Assembly (NCBI GenBank): GCA_000165345.1
Contig: CM000436.1
Coordinates: 512,001-576,000, forward strand
Length of the DNA: 64,000 bases
Direction of reading: 5' to 3'
The notes beneath the pieces are model-generated. The model ran no database searches. It was not told the DNA's origin and saw only the letters and a list, made by a program, of their open reading frames with translations. A program made the position numbers and the translations under genes. Below are positions 50,370 to 60,067 of the stretch, piece after piece (positions within the stretch are counted from its first letter, which is position 1; each line of letters begins with the position of its first letter).

Positions 50370-52751
50370 ATGAAACTATTAAAACAACCATTAACTGCAT
50401 TAATTGTGTTAACACTAGTTTTTAGTTGGTTGTTTAATTTGAGAGAATGTAAAGAAGTGAATACATCCAATTTAAATTTGAAATCAGAGACAAATAAAAT
50501 AAGTTATTTAACAGAGAAAATTGATACAAATATTTATAATAGAAGAATAACTCACAATAGTGAGGATTCTGAAATAAAGCAAGAAAAAAAAGAGGAAATT
50601 GAAATTAAGACTTTGGAAAGTGATGATTTAATAAAAATTAATATTAGTCAAAATATTATTCATGTTTTAAGAGTAAATTTTGAACTAGGAAATGATAATC
50701 TTAAAACACAAATTCACTGGGTACTTTTGTTATTGATATTGAAGGCAGACAAATACAAAGAAAGGCCCAAAGGAATGAAACAACTTGATGATTATAATGA
50801 TTGTTTATATTTTATCAAAAAACATCATAAGTTACTGTTAAAGAGTAATCTTTCAAGGGAGGAGAAAATAAAATCAACACAGAGAGCTTGTATAGCATTT
50901 TTTGATAATTTATTCAAGATTAAAAGTAAATGGAGCGATATAAGTTCAAAAGAGTATCTTCAATTATCTAGAAGAATTACCTCTTCTCAGCTTTATATTA
51001 GATGGATGGAGCTATACAAAGTTGATCCTCCACGTTCTCAATGGTTTATTTTAAGAAAATTGGCAATCAATCAGTTTGATGAGATTTTAAGGTTATTTAA
51101 AATATTGACCAAAAATACTAATGAGTATAAATCATTTGAAAATATTCTCATTGAGTTTATGACTCAATTTACTTCTTATTGTAAGGATTACGAATTAAAT
51201 GATAAACTTTATAAACGGGAGTTGGGGAAATACTTGAAAGATGATTACTCTTATAGCTTTAAAGATAAAGCTAACATGATTAAAATTGGGTTTAAAAGCA
51301 AGACTAAAAAAAAAAATAAAAGAAATTTCCGGATTTACCTTCCAGAAGAAATGCCAGATCTTTATGTATATCATCATCAGGTAAATACGTGCGTATTAAA
51401 TTTAGGAATAATGTCTTTATATCCAGAATTAAAGGTTTTTTTCTATGATGTATTTAAGAGAAAACCAACATATTATTTGTTCCATAGAAAGCCCATCACA
51501 ATTAGCAGAAAGACTTTATTAAGATCAAATCAACTCTGTAATTTAATGCTTGAACTTACCAATAAATTGGAAAGATCTTATTATTTGTTAAATATCGAAC
51601 AATACAAGTTTACATATCTTCAAGACACAAATACAGTAGGGAAAACAAATTCTACAAAAAAATTCATTAATAATTTTAGTCTAAGTGAATACATACAAAA
51701 AAAAGGGTTGGTTAAGCCATTACCATTTCATCCCTATTACTATTCAAATCCATTGGATATTGAAATTCAAAATATATTTACAAATTGGCTATTTATTAGC
51801 CATTTTGAAAAGCAAAGTTTGATTAACTCATTAAAGCATTATACAAAAGATATGGAAAAGAAACATAAAGATTTGTTTTTAAATGCAAAACTTGATTTAT
51901 TAAAAAAGTTAATTTCTGAGGATGAACAAATGTTAAAGAATTATGTTTCTAAAGAAGAGAAACAATCGAAAGATGGATTATTCTTGCTTTATTTTCAAAA
52001 AAGAGCAAATAAATTAAAAAACAACGTTGAGAAGGTAATCGATCATTTAAATTCAGTGGAAAATAATATATTCAACAATACGAAACTTTATGAATTGATT
52101 GACCAAGAAAATCCATCTCCTAACGTATTTTCTTTAATTCCAATAATATATTTAAATTCCAAACTTTGGAATGTTCAAAAACTTTTATATAAATACCCTG
52201 TTTCACTTAAAGTGAACTTAAAAATGCTTGTAAATTTATCAGAAACTCTTAAAATTGGCGAGAAAAGCCTTGGGGATATTAAAGTTGGAGATATCTCAAC
52301 CTGTATTAAAGTTACCACCATTTTTTGGAAAAATCAGGGTATTAAAATAAATAATCGAAATTTTAGGATAATTAACCCAGATGATATATCCGAATTATAT
52401 GAAAAAAGCAACGAATTGTCTGAAATTTACATGGACTATGCAACATTATACTTACTTTGTGTAAAATCAGTTTCACAAAGCTTAATTTATTATAGAAGAA
52501 TTCTTAAATATTACTTTGGAGATAACTTTGATAATTACTGGAAATTCAACATGTTATTAGATATGAATAATGAAGAAAGCTCCAATAGTTTCCAATATAT
52601 CAATAAGAAGAATATACATCTTCATTCTCTACCAAATGATTTTATTATGCCAAATTTAACAAAAGGAATATACATCTCAATTTTGAGTGCTTACCTTCTA
52701 TTGACAGTGGGAGCAGTTTGTATTCAGTCATTAATTACCATAATATTTTAA
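50370..52751 (+). CDS. Lineage-specific secretory-pathway membrane protein (signal peptide plus C-terminal TM anchor). It is a paralogue of 47832-49973.
   Basis: The signal peptide is MKLLKQPLTALIVLTLVFSWLFNLREC. The C-terminal TM is ISILSAYLLLTVGAVCIQSLITIIF. It has an internal duplicated RNFRI(Y/I)xP(E/D)(E/D)(M/I)x(D/E)LY motif at about aa 318-333 and about aa 668-683. The homologous blocks with the upstream neighbour are listed there. Confidence 0.6.
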   Translation: MKLLKQPLTALIVLTLVFSWLFNLRECKEVNTSNLNLKSETNKISYLTEKIDTNIYNRRITHNSEDSEIKQEKKEEIEIKTLESDDLIKINISQNIIHVLRVNFELGNDNLKTQIHWVLLLLILKADKYKERPKGMKQLDDYNDCLYFIKKHHKLLLKSNLSREEKIKSTQRACIAFFDNLFKIKSKWSDISSKEYLQLSRRITSSQLYIRWMELYKVDPPRSQWFILRKLAINQFDEILRLFKILTKNTNEYKSFENILIEFMTQFTSYCKDYELNDKLYKRELGKYLKDDYSYSFKDKANMIKIGFKSKTKKKNKRNFRIYLPEEMPDLYVYHHQVNTCVLNLGIMSLYPELKVFFYDVFKRKPTYYLFHRKPITISRKTLLRSNQLCNLMLELTNKLERSYYLLNIEQYKFTYLQDTNTVGKTNSTKKFINNFSLSEYIQKKGLVKPLPFHPYYYSNPLDIEIQNIFTNWLFISHFEKQSLINSLKHYTKDMEKKHKDLFLNAKLDLLKKLISEDEQMLKNYVSKEEKQSKDGLFLLYFQKRANKLKNNVEKVIDHLNSVENNIFNNTKLYELIDQENPSPNVFSLIPIIYLNSKLWNVQKLLYKYPVSLKVNLKMLVNLSETLKIGEKSLGDIKVGDISTCIKVTTIFWKNQGIKINNRNFRIINPDDISELYEKSNELSEIYMDYATLYLLCVKSVSQSLIYYRRILKYYFGDNFDNYWKFNMLLDMNNEESSNSFQYINKKNIHLHSLPNDFIMPNLTKGIYISILSAYLLLTVGAVCIQSLITIIF

Positions 52752-52848
52752 AAAAAATTAAAACTCTAATTAAAATTCTACTTAAAATCATAAAGTTAAT
52801 CAAACTAAGCTTAAAAATGTTTATAATCGCATCAAAAAAAAAGGAATT

Positions 52849-54675
52849 CTAGTGATGCATTGGTGGATGAATCGGCAAATTAAACCCAGAATTAATGTTA
52901 AAATTACCATTAGACATGTATTGATTAGGATGACACTGAGAAGCTTTATTAGTAACAATTTTCGTGATTGATTCAGAAAATGGGTTTTCTCCAAGTATAT
53001 TTACTGGCACAGAAGCTTTAAATGAAAAACATGTTGGGGAAGAAGGGGGTGAAATCTGAGATTGTTGGTCAGTGTTGGTTTCTAACTCTGGATTATGGCT
53101 TTGATTAGCTAAAATTGGAGCCTGATCTGGAAAAGGGCATTGACCACCAGCCAATGGAGTACCGTAATTTGGATTTGCCACTTTTGGCCTTCTTTTACAT
53201 TTCTTTTTGAATACATCTTGAGAAAAACATGCGGGAGAAGAAAAGTCAATTTCAACTTTTGGAGGTTGGATAAGTGGACGAATATTTGGAGATTGGAAAA
53301 GCGTGCTAGTTGAGATGTTTGTATGACCACCTTGAGAAATACCTGCTTGATCTTTTGGAGGTCCGTTTCCATCTTCAGCTCCAGATGACTTTTTTTTAGT
53401 GAGACATTCTTCTGCCATTGCTGTGAGTAAGTATTTAGCGAGCATTTGAGAGTCCATTCCGAGAGGGTTTGGAACGGTTGGTGCTTGAACTCCAGAGGGA
53501 CCTGGTATTCCTGGAGCTACTCCAGCAACAATTTCTGGAGAAATTGGAGCTTGAATATGTGGAGGGGGGCCGCCTGCCATTGTGGGTAGTGGCATACCCA
53601 TTGGGTGAATATTTGTTGGATCGAATTGCATCTGCATATTTGGAGGTGGTGGGAGGTGGGGGGGGTTCATATTCATGTTAGGGATTTGTATTGGGCCTGG
53701 AGCTACCATTGGCATTGGCATTGGCATTGGTATTGGCATTGACATCGGCATTGGCATTGGCACTGGCATTGGCATTGGAGTTGGCAAATGCGCTGGAATA
53801 GGCATTTGCATGGGCATGGGAGCTGGCATTTGCATATTTTGCGGAGGTAATGGAGGCATTGGAAGTTGATGATGTGGCTGATAAGGAAATGGATTTGGAG
53901 TTTGAATCGTTGCTGGCAATGATTGCATTCTACCATTTAACTGCATTTGGGTGGGATAATGTTGTTCTTGCTGATGAATAGAATGGAAAACTGGAATTTG
54001 AGGAGCCATTTGAACATATTCATTTGGCTGTTTATGTATTGGGATTGGCTGTAATTGAGCCCCGTGTCCATGGGATGGCATTTGAATTGGGTGAGCCATC
54101 ATTGGATTTTGATGAGGCTGTGGATACGGCTGCGATAGAGGGATTTGAGGAGGCTGATGAATCTGGATTGGGACTGAACCTCGGAGATCTAGTGGAACTC
54201 CTTTTTCCTGGATTGAATTCAACTCAGAAGAAGTTCCATAAATATCAGAGCACGATATATTAGATTCTGGACTTTGTTCAATATTTATCAAGTTTTTTGA
54301 TCGTTTTGGGGAAATATTAGTTGAGACAACTCTACTTAAAACAACATTATTTTCAATATGCCCCTCAGAGATGTAATTATTACCATTATTAGGCTTTTCA
54401 TTGATCTCTTGTTTCTCTTTAATAGAATCAAAGTTTCGGCTATCTAATTCATTCTTATTTACAATTCTGGTTTCTTTCATTGGAGAGTTACTAAAATCTT
54501 CTTTATTATTAATACTAGAAATATGAGAACTATTATCTATGGAACTCTGACTTGCTGGAGAAGCAAATTGTTTTTTCTTCAAGAGTAATTCATTCTCAAG
54601 ATTTTTAACAGTTGCATCCAACTCATTAAGATTTTCATCTAAGATTTCCATTTCTTGCTTTTCTTTTGGGAACAT
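52849..54675 (-). CDS. Hypothetical protein with an N-terminal coiled coil, then a P/Q/M-rich region containing (PM)n repeats (PMPMPVPMPMPMSMPIPMPMPMPM).
   Basis: A 608-aa ORF. The ORF-track start at 54687 is TTG, and the first ATG (MFPKEKQEMEILDE) is at 54675 with an in-frame TGA just upstream. The (GGCATT)n tract encodes (PM)n. No conserved domain. Confidence 0.55.
   Translation of the reverse strand: MFPKEKQEMEILDENLNELDATVKNLENELLLKKKQFASPASQSSIDNSSHISSINNKEDFSNSPMKETRIVNKNELDSRNFDSIKEKQEINEKPNNGNNYISEGHIENNVVLSRVVSTNISPKRSKNLINIEQSPESNISCSDIYGTSSELNSIQEKGVPLDLRGSVPIQIHQPPQIPLSQPYPQPHQNPMMAHPIQMPSHGHGAQLQPIPIHKQPNEYVQMAPQIPVFHSIHQQEQHYPTQMQLNGRMQSLPATIQTPNPFPYQPHHQLPMPPLPPQNMQMPAPMPMQMPIPAHLPTPMPMPVPMPMPMSMPIPMPMPMPMVAPGPIQIPNMNMNPPHLPPPPNMQMQFDPTNIHPMGMPLPTMAGGPPPHIQAPISPEIVAGVAPGIPGPSGVQAPTVPNPLGMDSQMLAKYLLTAMAEECLTKKKSSGAEDGNGPPKDQAGISQGGHTNISTSTLFQSPNIRPLIQPPKVEIDFSSPACFSQDVFKKKCKRRPKVANPNYGTPLAGGQCPFPDQAPILANQSHNPELETNTDQQSQISPPSSPTCFSFKASVPVNILGENPFSESITKIVTNKASQCHPNQYMSNGNFNINSGFNLPIHPPMHH
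53705..53782. repeat. Coding hexanucleotide microsatellite (GGCATT)n, about 12 units, encoding (PM)n on the minus strand.
   Basis: ggcattggcattggcattggtattggcattgacatcggcattggcattggcactggcattggcattgg, read directly. Confidence 0.8.
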
Positions 54676-54897
54676 TTTTCTATCCAATTCTCAAAGGAAT
54701 ATATCACATATAATTCCCACAAATTGTTTATTCTGGCTTTTTTGTTTTTGTAAGAACAATTTATTCAATTTAACAACTAACCACTATCTCCACTAAGTTA
54801 AATTTAAACAATTCCTCTTTATTTTTTTACTGCCACAAAAAGTGTCAAGTTTTACAGTTGACTGCATCTAAATTCTTACTCCTAGCTACCAGTAAAC

Positions 54898-54960
54898 GAG
54901 TGCAAATCCGCCACACGTGGTGCATGCATACACAGATGGATGCATGCGCGCGCCAAAACT
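54898..54960. promoter_or_regulatory. Motif cluster GTGCAAATCCGCCACACGTGGTGCATGCATACACAGATGGATGCATGCGCGCGCCAAAAC upstream of the PM-rich gene.
   Basis: TGCAAAT, a CACGTG E-box/G-box, two TGCATGCA AP2-type sites and an E2F-like GCGCGCCAAAA, about 220 bp upstream of ATG 54675 (minus strand). Confidence 0.5.
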
Positions 54961-55440
54961 CTAACTTAGGCCGGAGTAACCTATATTTGCACACGTAAAG
55001 GAAAAAAGAAGAAGAAAAAAAAATCAAATAACTGCATCCAAATAATGGGTGATATTTGCGAGAAAATTACACAGTAATGGACGTAAAGTTTGAAAGGGGG
55101 GTCGTTAAATTTTTTTTTTTCTTTTAATTCCTTAAGCCAGAATACAAAGACGAATAAAAAAATGAAAAATATTTGAATGAAAAATAAACGAGTTATATAC
55201 GCAATTCTTGAGAGCGTTTTTACTTATAATATAAAAATAAACTATGAATCATTTATAGCTTTTTCTTAATTGAATGAGGTTTACTCATTACGTTTGTAAC
55301 TCAATCTTAAATAGCATAACTCAGAAACAAAAGCAATCCCTTAGTTGTATAAAAGCATCTAAAATAGATATTTGAATACATATGATTTTCTTGAATTAAT
55401 ATCTACCTGTTTTTTTTTTTTTTTTTAATTTTTTTTTATG

Positions 55441-55503
55441 TATACCGGCATTCGCACATGCATGACTAATTTGCATACGTGTCTGCAAATTTGCATGTGG
55501 ATA
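55441..55503. promoter_or_regulatory. Second composite module TATACCGG-CATTCGCACATGCATGAC-TAATTTGCATACGTGTC-TGCAAATTTGCATGTGG. It is not adjacent to any annotated start.
   Basis: The same ordered elements occur as at 41008-41063. It lies about 90 bp downstream of the ATPase stop and about 765 bp upstream of the PM-rich gene ATG. Confidence 0.4.
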
Positions 55504-55591
55504 ACAACTTGGTAAATATAAAATACAACATATAATCAGGCGGTTGACAGGTTAAATATAAATAGACTATGAAACAAATCTCAATGTTAAA

Positions 55592-58500
55592 TTAAATAAA
55601 GTTCGGATTAATTTTCCATTCTAGTTTGCTCTTTGGCATTCGAAGAGGATGAAAGTGAGGGAAATAAGTTGGACCATTACTGTGCAATTCTTTTAGGTAT
55701 ACTGCTTTAATAATGTAGTTCATAGTGAATATGCTAATGACAATATTCAAGGTAAATGAAATGATTAAAATATAATTTGAAGAACCCGGAAGGGCGACAA
55801 TGTTAAGGAATTTGGAAAGTAAAGAGGTTGGTACCAAAGTGATTGCAATAGTCGAAATTATGATAAAAAATATTTGGATAACGAAAAGCTTGTTTGTAAA
55901 TAGCGAGAGTCTGAATGGTTTAGTTTTGTGGATTGCAATTCCAGTTGCCACATATTGAATACAGGAAACAAGAAAGGTTACAGTGTTTTCAACACACATT
56001 TGAAGGCCAGCATTCTCGTTGTTATCAGCATAACTTCTTCCAGATAAATATGGTGTAAATCCTGGCTGTTTGGAAACTACCATAATGTTTATAATAAGGA
56101 AGGTCAGTTGAATCACACATTGAGAAACAATTCCAATGATAACATTGCTGCTTAGAATATCTTTATAAGCAGGTATTTCTGATGGAAAACGTTTAGCGCT
56201 TTTAGTTAATGTAGCCAATACAGAAATTGGGAGGAAAGTAACAACATCGTTCCAAATAAATTGATGGTCTGTGAAGTTTGTACCCTTACTATATAAGTAC
56301 AGTACTGATGTAAATTGGATGAAGATATATAATACAAAGAACTGGAATGATTGAATTGTTGATGTTAGGGCAGCTCTACCCTCAACAATAATGTCTGGAA
56401 CTGCTGCAATGTTTCTTTCATTTGAAACAAATGAGGCAGCAACAGAAGCCTCGTGATCAGCTATGGCTATTCCAATATTGGCAGATTGTATTGCAAGAAT
56501 ATCATTATTTCCGTCACCACACATACCAACCATTGGATCTGGCTTAAGCTTTTGAAGTAAGTTAATGTGCATGGCTTTATCTTCAGGTGTCATTCTTGAA
56601 TATACATGACAGTATCTAATAATGAATTCCAAAGCTGATATACGTAATGTTAAGGGGATATCGTTCACCATTGTAACAAAATTAAGAATCATTAATTTCT
56701 CAAGTTCATTAGCAACTCCAATTGAGCTCTCCAAAATTATATTAGATTTCCTTTGATGTCTGGTGCAGTCAAGATGGTATGGAACGTAATCAGATTTAAT
56801 AAACTCTTCTCCGTCGTCAGTATCAATAATTATACGTTCAAGACGATTTGAGCTAGACTCACGTGTATTGGATCTTAAAGTCATCCAACATGGTAGACTT
56901 TGATGATTGTTTCTTATTTGTCTATAAAATCTCTCAGCTTTTTTATTGTAATTAAAGAAAGAGAAAGTGTGGTTATTATGATTTGGAGGTCTTTCAGGAT
57001 CATTGGATAAGTCTAAATATTCAAGTTCAAACGTATTGTGAAGTTTATGAAGTAACCTTAAACATTGTCCTGTGATTACCCAATTAATATTTTCAAGTGA
57101 ATATTTCTCCAATATTTCTTGAATACTATTAAAAACTTTGATGTTCTTGTAATTACAATTCATCATTGTCCATCTTATACATTCTTCTCCAGATTGAGAT
57201 CCAATAATATCACCAATTACAATCTTTTTATTAGATTGCCCTCCTCCAATTGAACTATAAGATGAGAATATTCCACATTCTTGAGCAACTGCTACAGAAG
57301 TAAAAATATGGTCCCCAGTTGACATTATACAATTAATATTGGCATCTTTAAGAGTTGAAATAACATCAATGGTACTTGGACGAAGTTTATTTGCAAATAC
57401 CATTAAACCAATGAAGTTAAGTCTTTCCTCTGCTTCATTTCTCGATAAAGTTTCTAAGAAAGATGTAGGATCTTCGTTTGGACAGTTAATATGACCAACA
57501 GCAAACCCAAGAATACGCATTCCACATCTTGAATAGTTAATGATGCATTCATCTAAATTCGAAGGAATAGATTCCGGCTGGCAAATTGATTTTAATTGTT
57601 CAGGACTACCTTTACAAAAAACCAAAAATTCATAAGGTTTAATAGGGTTTCTACAAACTACAGTCATTCTTCGTAGCTTTGAGCAAAATTCATATACCTT
57701 AAGAATCTCAAGTTCTTCAAATTCTTGTGATCCAAACATATGAGTTCCTTCCCCACGTTCAAAGTATCTTCTAACAGTTCTTGGAGGTGGAAGTTCAGAA
57801 AGATCAAAGTTTTCAGGGTTCATAAAGCTGATATCAATTTCAAAGTTGCTACATGAATTATTGTTTACTTGCGCAGATAAAGAATCTTTCACAGTATTCT
57901 TATTGATTTGATTTGGAGTAGAGTCAGAAATTGAAGATTTTGAACATGATCTATCAGGTTTAAAGTTCTTACCATTATTATTGCTATTCAGACATTCAGC
58001 GTTGCACTCATAATTCTCATTCATACATTGAATATGGTTTCGATTATAATCATCACATAATACCCATCCACTAAACTCGAACATGCACATTTCTAAAGGT
58101 TCGCCAACAATTACTCTCGAATTTAGCGACTGCTCTGCAGTATTATTTTCGTTCTTATATTGACTACCAAAACTGTGTGTGTGTTCATTATCTATATAAC
58201 TCACAGTATGACAAGTTGCAAGAGCTTGAGATAAAAGATGCGTTGCTTGGGATCCTGATGTACATAATCCATCTAGATAAGGTATTGAACCAGGTACTGA
58301 CGATATACATCCTACGGCGTCTAATCCATCAGTGGTAAGAGTTCCAGTTTTATCAAAAACTACAGTATTTACTTGACCTGCAATATTTACAGAACTTGGA
58401 TTAGAGCAAGAAACCTTCTTATTCTTAAGTTTCCTTACTGCTACAGTTGAACCTGCAGCAATAGTAGCAGGTAGAGCTGGTGGAGCAACAATTGTGAATA

Positions 58501-60067
58501 AATCAAAAGAGCGAAGTATGATAATTATTGGTTCTATGCCAATGGTAAATCCTATAGAAGCAGTAATAATTGACCCAATTATTCCAATAAAGAAGCAGAA
58601 TTTAACAAATCTCATCGAATCTTGATAAAGTTTATCGTTCTGATAATGTAGCCTATTGGTTATTACATCACAATACATTGTTTGAAGAAATCTACCTTGA
58701 AGAGTTGAAAATCCAATTCTGATTACAAGACCAACTCCTTGGACATTGTTTGCTCCTTGAACTCCCATTATAACTGTTCTAGAGTAAGCAATATGTTTAT
58801 TATCTTTTTCAAAATCAAAAAGTTCACTGGAATATTTAGGTATTGGTGATTTCAGAACAGGAACAGATTCTCCAGTTAGAGCTGCTTCATTTACAATAAC
58901 GTTTGAAGTCAATATTATTGCGTCACATGGAAGTACCATCCCAGGTTTTAATATAATTAGATCACCAGGAAGAAGATCTGAAGAGTTAATTGTTCGTTCA
59001 TATGGTTCTCTAGATGTTGGATTTCTTGATATTATTGAAACTTTATATTCAAGTTTTGATATTTCATTCATCTTAATATGACTGCATCTTGTTTCATATA
59101 TTGAATTAATTAATGAAACTATTGTAATTAATATAATGAAAATGGCATATTCAACATAACTATTTTTGAACCAAATACATACAGCACATACTTGAAATAT
59201 GAAGAAAGGATGTAAAATTTCATTCTTAATAAGGTATGCAATTGGAACAATAGGAATATCGCAGGAACATTTACCAAAGATTTTCTGAAGATTTTGCCTT
59301 ATTGAATCTTCTTGAATATATTCAATCGAGTCCATATTGTTTGAGTCATCTGTATTTTCATTATTTAGAAAAGATCCAACAAGTTTTCCAAATCTATTTC
59401 TAATCACTGAATATGGATTGTTATCAAGTGAAGGAATTGTAATAATAAATTTGTTTAATACTGAATCAAAAACATAAATTGAACCACAGAATGTAAAAAA
59501 TGTTATTTCAATTGATGGAATAAATAATTGAGAATTTATATGGCAAATCTGAGTATTATTGCAATTTATAATACTTGTACGGTGGCTATTTGATATATTA
59601 TTGTTACTATTCTTTTGTCCTTTTAAATCACTAAATTTATATTGTGATGGAAGAATATTAAGAAATCTTAAAAGATTTAATTCATCATTTGAAAAGTTCT
59701 TATTTAAACTAAAGAACTTATTTCTATTAACAACAGAATAATATGATTCTTTTGTAATGACTAAAAAAGAGTCACATTCACTAATTGTTGAAGCTTTAAA
59801 GTTCATCCATCTGTAAAAGTTTGGAAACCAATGGCAAATAATTGAAATTATCCCAAGTGTAAATATTTGAAATATCAAGTAAACTTTTTCAAGATAAAGT
59901 CTACGACAAATTGGAGTAATGTATACAGGATAATCAAATTTATGTGAATCTTCGTGGAATTTACTTTCTACATTGTTATTCTGAGAAATTACTGAATATA
60001 CTATACAATTATTAATTCCACCAAAAGTGACATATTCTTTTGTTGATACGTTAACTTTACTTTGCAT
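55592..60067 (-). CDS. P5-type cation-transporting P-type ATPase (ATP13A-like). The PPALP motif suggests the P5B subgroup.
   Basis: The phosphorylation motif VVFDKTGTLT is present. MSTGDHIFTSVAVAQECGI corresponds to the TGD region. GDGNNDILAIQSANIGIAI is the GDGxND hinge. The P5-specific M4 motif is IVAPPALPATIAAG. It has a large cytosolic insertion. The ORF-track start at 60100 is TTG, and the first ATG (MQSKVNVSTKEY) is at 60067. Confidence 0.85.
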   Translation of the reverse strand: MQSKVNVSTKEYVTFGGINNCIVYSVISQNNNVESKFHEDSHKFDYPVYITPICRRLYLEKVYLIFQIFTLGIISIICHWFPNFYRWMNFKASTISECDSFLVITKESYYSVVNRNKFFSLNKNFSNDELNLLRFLNILPSQYKFSDLKGQKNSNNNISNSHRTSIINCNNTQICHINSQLFIPSIEITFFTFCGSIYVFDSVLNKFIITIPSLDNNPYSVIRNRFGKLVGSFLNNENTDDSNNMDSIEYIQEDSIRQNLQKIFGKCSCDIPIVPIAYLIKNEILHPFFIFQVCAVCIWFKNSYVEYAIFIILITIVSLINSIYETRCSHIKMNEISKLEYKVSIISRNPTSREPYERTINSSDLLPGDLIILKPGMVLPCDAIILTSNVIVNEAALTGESVPVLKSPIPKYSSELFDFEKDNKHIAYSRTVIMGVQGANNVQGVGLVIRIGFSTLQGRFLQTMYCDVITNRLHYQNDKLYQDSMRFVKFCFFIGIIGSIITASIGFTIGIEPIIIILRSFDLFTIVAPPALPATIAAGSTVAVRKLKNKKVSCSNPSSVNIAGQVNTVVFDKTGTLTTDGLDAVGCISSVPGSIPYLDGLCTSGSQATHLLSQALATCHTVSYIDNEHTHSFGSQYKNENNTAEQSLNSRVIVGEPLEMCMFEFSGWVLCDDYNRNHIQCMNENYECNAECLNSNNNGKNFKPDRSCSKSSISDSTPNQINKNTVKDSLSAQVNNNSCSNFEIDISFMNPENFDLSELPPPRTVRRYFERGEGTHMFGSQEFEELEILKVYEFCSKLRRMTVVCRNPIKPYEFLVFCKGSPEQLKSICQPESIPSNLDECIINYSRCGMRILGFAVGHINCPNEDPTSFLETLSRNEAEERLNFIGLMVFANKLRPSTIDVISTLKDANINCIMSTGDHIFTSVAVAQECGIFSSYSSIGGGQSNKKIVIGDIIGSQSGEECIRWTMMNCNYKNIKVFNSIQEILEKYSLENINWVITGQCLRLLHKLHNTFELEYLDLSNDPERPPNHNNHTFSFFNYNKKAERFYRQIRNNHQSLPCWMTLRSNTRESSSNRLERIIIDTDDGEEFIKSDYVPYHLDCTRHQRKSNIILESSIGVANELEKLMILNFVTMVNDIPLTLRISALEFIIRYCHVYSRMTPEDKAMHINLLQKLKPDPMVGMCGDGNNDILAIQSANIGIAIADHEASVAASFVSNERNIAAVPDIIVEGRAALTSTIQSFQFFVLYIFIQFTSVLYLYSKGTNFTDHQFIWNDVVTFLPISVLATLTKSAKRFPSEIPAYKDILSSNVIIGIVSQCVIQLTFLIINIMVVSKQPGFTPYLSGRSYADNNENAGLQMCVENTVTFLVSCIQYVATGIAIHKTKPFRLSLFTNKLFVIQIFFIIISTIAITLVPTSLLSKFLNIVALPGSSNYILIISFTLNIVISIFTMNYIIKAVYLKELHSNGPTYFPHFHPLRMPKSKLEWKINPNFI

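Noticed and set aside
53675-53936. ORFs translating the (GGCATT)n repeat as GIGIGIGI (+) or CQCQCQ (-).
   Set aside because: These are alternative-frame artefacts of the coding microsatellite. The genuine frame is the (PM)n frame of the 52849-54675 gene.
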